From Caerostris darwini (Eukaryota), in contig BPLQ01015363.1 in assembly GCA_021605075.1 (NCBI GenBank), positions 771,513-835,512 on the forward strand: 64,000 bases of DNA, written 5' to 3'. A program made the position numbers and the translations under genes. This document shows, piece by piece, positions 51,221 to 62,496 of this stretch; within the stretch, counting starts at the first letter, position 1; each line of letters opens with the position of its first letter. The notes below the pieces were generated by a model, which was not told the DNA's origin, ran no database searches, and was given only the letters and a program-made list of their open reading frames with translations.

Positions 51221-51504
51221 TGTTGTTCTAATGCAGTTGACAATGCAGAGACAGTTAATCTTTATGCCATAAAAAACGCTAACCGCTTTACTCATTTAGC
51301 ACTAACAAGGAGCACGCGTAGCTTGAAGATATGCTACGGACGCGAGCAACACTACCCCACAATGCTCTACAATTATATTAGACTGGGACCTATGGTTTAA
51401 AATTGATTTCGAACCACTACAAACATTCATGACATCGCCGGGACTCGAACCCGAAAGCTGTGGTACCGAGCGCCAGAGCGCTAGCCACTCGGCCATCAAG
51501 CCCC
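51221..51504 (-). mobile_element. tRNA-derived SINE, copy c (full length, module A), flanked by a 15-bp target-site duplication
   Basis: The reverse complement reads ggggcttgatggccgagtggctagcgctctggcgctcggtaccacagctttcgggttcgagtcccggcgatgtcatgaatgtttgtagtggttcgaaatcaattttaaaccataggtcccagtctaatat...tagtgctaaatgagtaa...cataaagattaactgtctctgcattgtcaactgcattagaacaacaa. The direct repeat tcattttcatttaat occurs at 51206-51220 and again at 51505-51519. Confidence 0.85.
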
Positions 51505-51786
51505 TCATTTTCATTTAATTAAAAATGTAAAATTAATAGGTTATTATAATAACTAAAAAATTGTTAAGCAATATTATTTCAATAATTAAAAAATTTTTTT
51601 AGCGCGCAATAGGAAACATTATTACAGATACAATGGGCAAAATATGCGCGCTAGAGGAAAAAATAACGATAAAATGCGGTATGTAAAAACTCTCTAATAT
51701 GTGAAGGATATTTGTTTAATGAAAGATATGGTAGTCTCATAACATAAGAGGTGCAATTTCGGTAATACATATTGAATGGGACACTT

Positions 51787-51880
51787 TCTGAAGTTTGGTA
51801 TCCACGTTAAACTGAAAGTCCCGGTTTAATTAGCCCAAAGTGTGCAAAAAATGACCATAGAATGGCAAACAAAACCAAAT
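51787..51880 (+). mobile_element. SINE fragment, copy e (core and body only, no tRNA-like head)
   Basis: ggtatccacgttaaactgaaagtcccggtttaattagcccaaagtgtgcaaaaaatgaccatagaatggcaaacaaaaccaaatc matches the core of copies a and i. Confidence 0.65.
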
Positions 51881-52799
51881 CATATTTAAAAGAATTCATT
51901 TCAATATTTTTTCTATTCTAGTATGTAATAAAAGTCATCCCATTCAATGAAAGAAAAGAAATTTAAAAATTTTGCCTGAATATTTTCTTCCTAAAAAAAT
52001 ATGAGCATATTTTATATTTTTCTTATATATTAAATTCATAAAATACATGCTTTCCCCCAAACTTCATCTGTAAGTTTATGATTTTTGCGTTTGTAAATTA
52101 TTATATTTTGATTATAATATCATACAGTGCTTGAAGTATTAAAATTCGATGTAAGCATGAATTTAGTCAATACAGGAAATTGTAGTTTAATAGCAAAATT
52201 GCGTTAATAATTCATTGAAATATATCCTTATTATCTGAAAGCACTTTTGTGACTTTGATTTATTTAAAAAAAACCTTTTTGAATTAGAAAGTGAATCCAC
52301 TACTAGAAAGAGTGGAAAATACAAATCTTTATATATATATATATTTCAAATATTATGGTACCAAATCCGTCAATGTTTCTTTTTTTTAACATATCTTTTT
52401 TAAAATAATGGAAGAACAAAGAAAATAATAGGTTTATTTAACTTGAAGCTCACATAAAGTTTCTCCTAAGAAATTGCAAATAAAAGAACATATTAATTGT
52501 CTTAAGCATTAGAAATAATTCTATTGATTTAAAATAAAATTTGCCTTATATGAAATGTTAAATTAATTATTTGTCATAATTGATAAATCATCAAATGTAC
52601 CTATTGTTTAGCAGCCACCATTCTCCTAATGATGCACCCTAAGTAATGCTAAATCTACTGCATATCTGTCGTTCTATTGGCTGATAACTTAGGTCAAAGA
52701 TCCTAAAGTGTCATTTTAAAACAGCAATATGAACGACTTGACAATTTTTTCATAACTTACATTTTCTTGCAATTAAATAGAATCAATACGCTTGGCTTA

Positions 52800-52925
52800 A
52801 AAGGCAATACTTTTCAAAATATATAAGAATGATTCAAACATTAACGTGAAAAATGCCAAGAAACTTCCATCAACTAATACTGGTATTGTAAATATTAATG
52901 TGTAAAATGCCAAGAAAATTCCATC
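52800..52925. repeat. Tandem duplication of about 58 bp (aatgccaagaaa(c/a)ttccatcaactaatactg(g/a)(t/c)attgtaaa(t/c)at)
   Basis: Two adjacent copies are present. Track ORF 52797..53036 on the minus strand spans them and is rejected. Confidence 0.7.
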
Positions 52926-53142
52926 AACTAATACTGACATTGTAAACATAATATCATTTTTTAACTCACTATTACTAAATGTATACATTAAATGATTTAA
53001 CTTTAAAGGAATAAAATGTTTAACTAGTGTAACCAAATCGTTGCATTTGGTAATACCATTATATTAATTATTATATTAACAAAACAAACAGAACTTCATA
53101 CACTTCAATAGAACACTTCATAATTCTATAACAACTATATAC

Positions 53143-53430
53143 GGGCCTGATGGCCGAGTGGCTTGCGCTCGGTACCATGAGTTTTGGGTTCGAGTTCGGA
53201 GGTGCCATGGATGTTTATAGTGATTCATAATCTACTTTAAACCGTAGATTCCGGTCTAATATGATCATAGAGCGTTGTGGGGGAAGTGTTACTCGCGTTC
53301 GTAACATATCTTCAAGATACACGCTCCCCTGGGTAGTGCTAAATGAGTAACAGTGGTGCAGTCCTTGCTTATAGCATAAAGATTAACTGTATCTGCATTG
53401 CCAGCTGAATTAGAACAAACAACATAACAC
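53143..53430 (+). mobile_element. tRNA-derived SINE, copy f (full length, module A), ending 65 bp upstream of the acceptor of terminal exon 4
   Basis: gggcctgatggccgagtggcttgcgctcggtaccatgagttttgggttcgagttcggaggtgccatggatgtttatagtgattcataatctactttaaaccgtagattccggtctaatatgatcatagagcgttgtggggg...gggtagtgctaaatgagtaacagtggtgcagtccttgcttatagcataaagattaactgtatctgcattgccagctgaattagaacaaacaacataacac. Confidence 0.85.
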
Positions 53431-53494
53431 CCATTCATAAATGTTTTTGATTCATGCTAAAATATTTTACTTAATTTTATACTTTTTCTTTCAG

Positions 53495-53584
53495 ATTGTT
53501 TACGATGGTTTCTGTCTGCCGAATGCAAAAGATGTTTTGGTGAAACCAGGAACAGTGATTTACTTGTCTTACGTTTCCCTGTAG
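53495..53584 (+). CDS. Terminal exon 4 of the candidate gene: IVYDGFCLPNAKDVLVKPGTVIYLSYVSL* (29 codons plus TAG)
   Basis: Acceptor actttttctttcag|att (AG at 53493-94), phase 0. The stop codon TAG is at 53582-84. AATAAA polyadenylation signals lie downstream at 53666-71 and 53827-32. Confidence 0.5.
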   Translation: MVYDGFCLPNAKDVLVKPGTVIYLSYVSL

Positions 53585-55702
53585 TCCTGTTCACTTCTTT
53601 GAAAAGCTTCAATTTTATTCCAATGCATATCGCAAAATTATCATTACAAGTTATTCATGCCAAGAAATAAAAAGCTTCCGGAAGTTGTTCTCAATTCTTA
53701 TCATCTTGTCCTCATATTGACGACGTGTTTCCGTTCTGTATTTAGAAAGCAGTTTGGAAAATTGGATGTAAATATTATTTACGGATAAAATGTTACTTAA
53801 AAGTGTATTTGGTTTCATAATTATTAAATAAAGTATATGATTACGATTTCCAGTTTCATTAAATATTTTATCTATGATTTTTTTTTTTTTTACTTAAACG
53901 ATGATGATTCTTCTTGAATTGCCAGTAATATGAAATAAACTCATTTAATAGATTTCAAAGAATTAATAAGACGCTAATTTGTGCTTCAAAGGCAATGAAT
54001 TGAAAATATCTTATTTCACTGTGGATAAAATCTTTAAAAAGGTGACAATGCAGTTTTCTCAGCAATAAATGCAATGAAAAGTTATATTTTCAAATCATAA
54101 AAATTAGCAATATTTTAAAATTTTATATGTTTAGATGTACTTTTCCTGGTTTGATTTATTACATTTATTCTAGTGATATTGATTCAAAACATTGCAACTT
54201 AATTCCATAATCATAACTGTTCATTTGATTGTAAAGTGCTAGTAATTATGAATTGATAGTAATTTCTTTCAAGAAGATTTTTAAATACTTAAACGTGGTA
54301 ACAAGCTTTTTAAAAGGCAACGTTTAAAGTAACATTTACGACTTCAAGCAATAATTGAATCTCATTAAATTAAAGTAATTTGATATTTATAAATAACATT
54401 TTGTAAATTTCTTGAAATTTAATTAAAACAAATGAATTATATAATTTTGCCTCGAAAACTACAGAACTGACTTTTTTCCAGCAAATGTTGTCATAGCCAA
54501 ACTTGTAACAGTGGTAATTTGCACAGTTAGCTTGCAAGATGGATTAGGTTCGAATTCTCTGGTAGAATCGATTGCAATCATTGCTTTCATAAACTTTCAG
54601 CATTGCTTCAGGGACTTGATGGCAATTTAAACAGCATGATTCACATCTTGCATCAACAATTAGACTGCCTTAAATTGGAACGAACACACTTGATGAAATT
54701 TTGTTGATTTTCTTGCGTACAACATGTAAATGATGAGCAATTACCCTAGAAGTTCTCCCTTCATAATGGGACCGAATGCTTGAAAAGTTGTCAGAAAGTG
54801 AAAAAAAAATTTAATTTTTTTGAATATTTCTTGAAATGTTATAAATTTTTGTCACTCCTTACATTTATAGTATTTGAGGAGGAATAATTTCCCTATTGCA
54901 CATTCCTAAAAATTAAAATATTTATAAGGCCACACGTCAGAAGACTTTTGTGATTCGGTAATCAACGCAGCTTTACAGCGATAAAGAATTTGTTAGAAGT
55001 AATTTCTGGAGGGGAATCAAATCCTTTAAATCAGTATTTTGAAGTTTTTGCATGACAAATCATTTTAAGTGATTTAAAATGACTTGTCCTGCAAAAAGAA
55101 AATTTCCTCTGCTTTTTTTAAACGAAGAGAAAAATGCCAATTTATCCCTATTTCACCTCGGAATTTTATGCATGCGTATTATCTATAAAATTTGGTTAAC
55201 AAAACTGTGGAATAAATTCTTGTTCATATTTGTATCTTTTTGAAATATTGTTAATTATATAGTGGTATCAATTTCTTTTTAAATTTTACATGATTTACTT
55301 ATATTACCAAAACTGAGTATTTCTGTTGCATTCTAATGCAAAACAGTTATCTCTGAGAAGCAAAATCTTTCTGATGCAATGAAAAATGGCAGAACAGTAA
55401 AAGATTGAAGATAAAATAATTTTTTTAGTAATCCCACTGCTGAAACAACAAACTTCTATATGAAGATATGGGTGGTCTTCGTCAAAAATTGGTCTTTTTT
55501 TCTGCCAAATTTAAAAATAAATGGGATTATTGCAAAAAAATAAAAATAAAAAGATTTTTGTTAAAAAAAAAAGACTTCATTAAGGGCAATCATTTCATTG
55601 GCTTGTTTAGTCATGAAAGGTTATCCAAGGAATTAGTGATTTGGTTCGGTTGATCACTGTACTGTCATTTTGTGCATGCACATTTGAGGTTATATACCAG
55701 GA

Positions 55703-55797
55703 TATAAAGTTTAACTTGGAGTCCGGACCAGTAACAAACATCCATGCCACCGCCAGGATTCGAATCTGTGACACCAAAGGCCAGAGCAATACCAAGG
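55703..55797 (-). mobile_element. SINE fragment, copy g (head and core, truncated at both ends)
   Basis: The reverse complement reads ggtattgctctggcctttggtgtcacagattcgaatcctggcggtggcatggatgtttgttactggtccggactccaagttaaac, which matches the head of copy i. Confidence 0.7.
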
Positions 55798-57011
55798 ATT
55801 AGTTAAGATCATTCTGATCATAGGACTATGGAAGATAGTTCTGATCATATGACTATGAAAGATAGTTCTGATCATACCAAACGGTTTAAAACAGAAACTC
55901 TAAGAAACGAAACTCCAAGTGATGGGCTATCTTTTGAAACACAAATTAGTTTAAGGGCTTCTGGTGATATTATTGTAGGAATGCTAACCATTCATCTCGT
56001 TATATCAAATGAGTATGATAATGAAACTGATACATTCAAAACTGTGCATTAATTACTACTAAACAATTAATTAAAAATTATGTATGACGTATGAAGCATT
56101 TTACAATGCACAATTTGTCAATGAATGGAGAGGAAATAATTTCATGTACATTGCTATCCATTGGACAATTATCTGAAGAGATTCAAGCGGGAATGTTTAA
56201 GAGTTTAAAAAAATATCATGGGCAGTTTTCTAGAAAGTGTTCAAGAGAGAAATATAATAAAGATAACCTCACATTCTTCTGATATCTACTGATTCATTTA
56301 AACTAGCATGGTACAACTTCCTCCAAATAGTTTCATTTGATTCCAAAAGAAGATCGAGACTTTTTAAAAACATCTGAGGCTTCAGAAACTTTGGGTGAAG
56401 GAAATTAATTGAATTCGGAAACCGATTCAGAAGAATCGTTCCTCAGTTACTGATTGTTGATTGTGCATTTTATTTTCAGACAATATTTTTAATAATTTTT
56501 AATTTTTCTTATTAAGATTTATATTTTTAAGTGTTGTTTCTAATTAAAATGAGTTATTGTTATTAGCAATAACGATTTTTTATAATTGTAAAACATAAAC
56601 AAAGAAAAATTATTGTTAATACCTCAAATTACTTGTTCTAATAATTTTGTGTTTAATATTATTTTTTATTTATATGTAACAAAAATTTTATTTCAGAGAA
56701 ATAATTTGCTTGCAAAATAAATTTTTCTATCAAAATTAATATAAAACTTGAAATCTGTAAGATAATTTATACAACATTATTATAATATACATTATCTCAA
56801 CACATTCTCAATAGTATTATATTTTCTTTATCACTTAATTTAAAACTAATCCCGCCGTTTTTATCATATATTAAATATATTGATAAAAATATTCAATTGT
56901 GGAAAATAAACCTCATACAACAATAATGCCATCTGGGTACTTCACCGAAACATCTGAAATAAACAACGAAGTTTTAATCTGAGAGCTTTCAAACTATTAA
57001 AATGAATTTCT

Positions 57012-57115
57012 CATCTCCTAAAAACTCTGACTTTAACTGTAAGTCCCGGTCTGTTTAGCCCTCGTGTGTACAAAATGACCGTAGAGCGACACACCGAACC
57101 AAACCTACAACCTCT
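57012..57115 (+). mobile_element. SINE fragment, copy h (core and body)
   Basis: ctgactttaactgtaagtcccggtctgtttagccctcgtgtgtacaaaatgaccgtagagcgacacaccgaaccaaacctac is related to the core and body seen at 51800-51870. Confidence 0.55.
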
Positions 57116-58169
57116 GAAAGACAATTTTTAAGACTATTGCATCAAAAGTTGGTATTTTGCCAGAAATCAGGAGGTTTTGTAGCATTGTGCGTCTGCAGGC
57201 TTTACATGGGAAACTAGGTCCCCCGAAAAGTCCTTATTTTTAAAATGCCCTTTTTAAAATAATAATATATATTTTTCATAGTTTTTTAGTGTTTCACTGT
57301 GTTTCCTATGTGTCTGTATAATAAAACTAATAAATTTTACAATACACTGAAATTGAAGAAGGAAAACAGACTGATTAGACTTGATGAGTACAGACTCCAT
57401 AAACATTTAATTTTGCTGAGGGCAGAAAAATTTTGTTTGAGCTCCTTAATATTTTTAAAGAGTTCCAACATAAAGGTTATATTTTTTGATATCGAACTTT
57501 TTCTGAAAGAATCTTCTAGACACCTTTGTATACTAGACACTTCTAGACACCTTTATACACTAGACACCGCCTTTCATACAGGGAATTCTCTTCAGGAATG
57601 CAATTACAGACGAACTTGTTTTCATCCTCCCACGAACATCAAGATGGTCTCAAGTAGGGTAATCAACATATATAACGTTAAGATATTTTCCATACGAAAG
57701 TATTAGATTATAAAAATTCATATTCAGAACCAAACTCAGAATAAATTCTATCAATCCTTTAAAGAAATCCTTTAAAGAAATTCTATCAAGAAATTTTAGT
57801 TTTTCCCTCTAAACTGGAAGAATTTTCTAAACTCTATCAGTTATGTTTTCCAAGATTCTCCTTTTTGAAGAATGTGGCACTGAATTAGCACATTCACATT
57901 AAATGAAATGTACACATAATAGACGTGAATATTCAAATATAATTCAATATTTAGTAAGTGATGTTAATATTAAAGTCTAAAAAAAGCTATCAATACAATG
58001 CAACATTTTCATAAGTAAGAGTTTTTAATTTTCTTCTGTTCATTTCTCTATTGATGCGTGGGAGTAATATTAATATTAATTAATTTATATAATTTATCTT
58101 AAATATTGATTGAGCGATACATAATTATGTTTTGATTTTTTTAATGTAGTACTCGACTTGATGCAATTT

Positions 58170-59690
58170 GTCATTAATTTAAGAAGTTTTGAGTAAATTA
58201 TCTCATTATTTACCCCTTTCCATGGAAATCCACTCCTCTATCGTAACAAGAAAAAAATAAGAGCCTATACTTACGTTTTTTAAGAGATATGGTCCACATT
58301 TATATGACTCGACATTGTTGTTTTTTACTGTTAAAAAACACCCTCCCAAAACCAACAATGTATAATCATGATGACAATGTGTAGTATTGTTCACCCATTT
58401 TATTTTGGCACTAATTAAGAGAAGGAAACGTATAGATTGAAAGGCATCGACAAAACAAAGCTTTAAATTTCTTTCCTTTTTATATAGGGCTCACAAATGC
58501 TCAAAGTGATTTTATAATATGTTTTAGCGTTGTATGTTTTTCATTATTTGTCCTAACAGATATATTTTCTAACTGTCATGTAATGATTTCAACAAGCCTA
58601 TAACGTTTTAAAATAACCTAATTAGATTTAAATTATCTTATTTATTTATTTACACAATACCATGGAGATCAACTCCTCTACCTTAACAAGAAAATAAAAG
58701 AAATAAGAGTCTATACTTATGTTTTTAAGAGATATGACCCACATTTATATGACTCGACATTGTTGTTTTTTACTATTAAAAAAAACACCTTCACAAAACC
58801 AACAATGAAGAATCATGATGACAATGTGTAGCACTGGTCACCCATTTTATTGGCACTAGTTAAGAGAAGGAAACGTATAGATTGAAAAACATTGAAAAAA
58901 TAAAACTTTAAATTTCTTTTTTTTTTATATAAGGCTCACAATTGCTCAAATTGCTTTTATTATATTTTTTAGTGTTATACGTTTTTCATTATTTGTTCTA
59001 ATATACATATTTTCTAACTGTCATGTAAAGATTTAAAATAGCTTAATTAGATGTAAATTATGTTATTCATTTATTTAGTTATCTCCTTATTTACACAGTA
59101 CCATGGAGATCACCTCCTCTACCTGAACAAGAAAAAAAAAGAAATTAGAACCTATGCTTATGTTTTTTAAGAGATATGGCCCACATTTATATGATTTTCC
59201 ATTGATGTTGTTTATTATTAAGAGACACAGTCACAAAACCAACAATGTAGAATCATGATGATAATGTGTAATATTGGTCACTCATTTTATTGGCACTGAA
59301 AGATTGTATAGATTGAAAAACATTGAAAAGAAAAAACTTTAAATTTCTTTTTTTCTATAGGGTTCAGAATTGCTCAAGCGGCCTGGTGGTCAATTGGCTT
59401 GCTCTCTGGCCTTTGGTACCACAGGTTCGAATCCTGGCGGTGGCATGGATGCTTGTTAGTGGTTCGGAATCCACGTTTAATTGTAGGTCCCGGTCTAATT
59501 AGGTCACGGAGCTACAAACCAAATTACATTTGCTCAAATTGATTTTATATGCTTTAGTTTTATACGTTTTTCATTATTTGTTCTAATAAATAAAGTTTCT
59601 AACTGTCATATAAAGATTTTAACTAGCCTATAACGTATTAAAACAACCTAATGAGATGTAAATTATTTTATTCATTTATTTTATCTTAGA
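58170..59690. repeat. Satellite with a unit of about 440 bp in about 3.3 copies; the third copy is interrupted by SINE copy i
   Basis: Unit landmarks: catggaaatccactcctctatcgtaacaag at 58221, catggagatcaactcctctaccttaacaag at 58661 and catggagatcacctcctctacctgaacaag at 59103. Throughout, the copies share gagatatggcccacatttatatgactcgacattgttgtttttt...aaaaccaacaatg(t/a)a(t/g)aatcatgatgacaatgtgtag...cattttattggcact...ctaactgtcatgtaaagatt. Track ORF 58206..58394 is rejected. Confidence 0.85.
59378..59527 (+). mobile_element. tRNA-derived SINE, copy i (head and core, 3'-truncated), inserted into the 440-bp satellite with a target-site duplication of about 10 bp
   Basis: gcggcctggtggtcaattggcttgctctctggcctttggtaccacaggttcgaatcctggcggtggcatggatgcttgttagtggttcggaatccacgtttaattgtaggtcccggtctaattaggtcacggagctacaaaccaaattac. 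It is flanked by aattgctcaa at 59368-77 and atttgctcaa at 59528-37. The undisrupted satellite copy 2 reads caattgctcaaattg, which shows the pre-insertion sequence. Confidence 0.85.
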
Positions 59691-61065
59691 AATTTATACA
59701 AGCTTATAGCTCATAAATTTTATAATTAAAAAGCTTATAGCTAAAATAATATTTTGACTTAGAAATTGATATGGAATAAGTTAAGAAATAACATTATGAT
59801 GAAAATAGTATTTGTAGTTTTCCGCATAAATTGCAGTTAAATGATTCTATACTTGGAAAGAAATAAGTATAATAAGAGTCTAGAGCTTCCTACGTTTAAA
59901 AATCGAGAAAAATCCTTTAATTTGATTTCAGAAATATGAAACAGCATGGAAATATATATATATATATAATCAATAAATTCTGAAACTTATAGTTAGCTTG
60001 AATTTTCAACAATATTTTAGTAAGCTTATTAGAAGGCACAGAGCACAAATAAGTCAAGGCAGCATTTTACATTTGATTGAGTTTATTTGAACTTGAACTA
60101 TTCAGAGGAAATTTTAATAAAAACCAACCATAAGAATGCTTCTCTTAGATTTTAATTAATTCTACTTACTATTGTTTTTACCTACAGAAAATTGAATTTA
60201 AGTTTCAATACGACGAAATTAATGATGTGGTCTAAAAATTTGTTTTATGTTTGCTTCAAGCATAAAATGAAGTTAGTATCTTCTGTCTATGTTGCTCATC
60301 ATTCGCCTAAACTTTTGAACTTAAGGACATCTTAAAACGAACACTGCGTATGAACTTAACATGAGATGATACTTTGATATTTAGCCGGGATCAGTTGCAA
60401 GTGAAGGTAGCAAGCCATGCGAGAGAATAAAGACGTATATTTTCAAAGTCTACTTAACCGTACATTTGAGACAATTAATTATAAACTAAAGTCTTAGTTT
60501 TCTATCGACCAAAGTTTTAAAACACGATCTAAGTGGAATAATCGATGAAAGTTAAATGATTGAATTCATTAAAAGTTGCAATGAAATTATGATTTGTAAA
60601 TATTTCTTGTATTATCAGATTAATTATTTTATGAAGTTTTGCAAACAATTAATAAAACTTTACATTTACAAGAAAAATTATTTATTTTATAAATCCACTA
60701 ATTTTGAAGAAACAAAACATAAAAACAAACATTATTTAAGGATAATTACAATTCTTAGGTTGTAGAACACGAAAGTCTATAATGAATTACTTGCCATTAA
60801 GTGTCCCCCTATACAGTCGCGTAAATTTAAACTTTAAGAATTTGTTGCTTGAATCTATTCTTATAATAGTGCTTCTATTCCATGCCGTTTCTTTGAATCT
60901 ATTCTTTCATGTTGTTTGAACTTTTTAATTGTATCTCGTCATCTAGTTAGTAGATATATGATGGGTTATAATATCATAAGTTTACGCATTTCGCGAAAAA
61001 GTTATCTTCAAAAAAAATTTTTCTATTGATTTCCTAGATAAATTTGATTTTTTAAATCTCTTATT

Positions 61066-61712
61066 TATATACAGTGATATTTGGAACTCATGCGACAAAC
61101 TTTAAGAACTGGAACGCATTATAGCAATTTTTTTTTGTATATTTTGACGCGATTGACTCGTTGAAGCACAACGCAACAGACATGAAAGGAAATATGATTT
61201 TTTTACTTATTGTACCGTTAACAAATAATTTTTACAGCAATGTTTAAAATTGCTATAATTACTCAAAATTACATTCTCCACCAGTAATAAAGACTTTACA
61301 GTGTCTAAGAAGATATTGGCGTATATTTTCAACGATGCCATGTATTTTTCACACATGTGGAGCTGCAACATTTATTTGAAAAAATTTTGCAATTCTGATT
61401 CTTTGCAGCAATTCTGACAAAACGACTTCGAGAAAAATTGCCACAGTCGAGCTGATAGCAAATATAACTCATTGACATTACTAAGCATCTGATATTGTTA
61501 GTGAACGTAATTTTAAAAATTATTGTAAACATTGTTGTGAAGAACGGTAATAAACACTTCATGTTTCTTTTTTTACGCCTATTTCTTGTATTTTTGACTC
61601 AACGCTTCCCTTGCATCAATATTCCTGCAAAAGGTACGCTTGTTGTAGTCTGCTCTACAACTTCGTAATGTTTGACTCATGAGTTCCGATGATGAGATAC
61701 CATGTATTTTTT
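61066..61712. mobile_element. Probable Tc1/mariner-like non-autonomous element (MITE remnant) with degenerate inverted repeats of about 40 bp
   Basis: The left end reads tatacagtgatatttggaactcatgcgacaaactttaagaactgg at 61066-61110. The right end at 61655-61710 has reverse complement tacatggtatctcatcatcggaactcatgagtcaaacattacgaagttg. The motif ggaactcatg(c/a)g(a/t)caaac is shared. A further partial inverted-repeat copy, with an internal deletion, is at 60797-60830 (tacagtcgcgtaaatttaaactttaagaa). The interior has only short broken ORFs. Confidence 0.4.
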
Positions 61713-62496
61713 TTAGCTTGAATCCCATCATATATATAACTGCCGTTTTACGAACTCCTAGCGACAGCACCAATACAATGAATCGAAATGAAAGTCGAAT
61801 TGAAAAATAGCAACCTAGTTAAACAGTTAAGTTGTTACAGATATAATTTGGAAGAAAGTCGAATCTTAATACTCTTATTTATGCATCACAAAAGGACTAA
61901 CGCAGAGAAAAACCATGAAGGGCATTAGATCTATAGCAAGAAAGATGGGAAAATCTATTAATTTTTGTTAAAGGTGTAAACCATTAATGCTAATATAAAT
62001 TAACGGTTAATTTTAACAGTCCTCAATTATTAATGTGTGGTTAAGTTATGTATATGAATATTATACAATCTTTAATTTGAATTTTAACACAGATTCATCG
62101 GGACACACAGTCAATGATATCCCTTTACTGAATGTAGGGGGAAATTATTGAATCCCACCATTACAATCAAGTGATCACCCTAACAACAAACCTCCAGGTA
62201 CTGAACCCTTATGACGATTGCGAATTCAAGTTGACAATGATCTTTCCTTTCAAAGCCTCTATACAAGAATATAACAATCATGATGCTGTAAGCAAAACTG
62301 AGATTCATCTGAAAAGACGGTATGACGCCTTTTCGACAACTATTTTCTTCACTGAATGCACCACTGTAGCCGCATATGTCTTTACTGAAGCTTTAGTCAG
62401 GGAATCTCGATTAATGAATAAAATATTGCTTCTGGCACTAGTCAAGGTAAACAATGATAATGCTGTGATTAACTTCCAACGCTTACTGATAAGTAT

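Noticed and set aside
54490-54800. Segment with ggttcgaattc and a somewhat tRNA-like context (gtaacagtggtaatttgcacagttagcttgcaagatggattaggttcgaattctctggtag), with minus-strand frames open for about 40 aa
   Set aside because: It occurs only once in the window, it has no cloverleaf, and the translation has no recognisable domain. It is possibly another SINE or transposable-element family, but that cannot be supported from this window alone.
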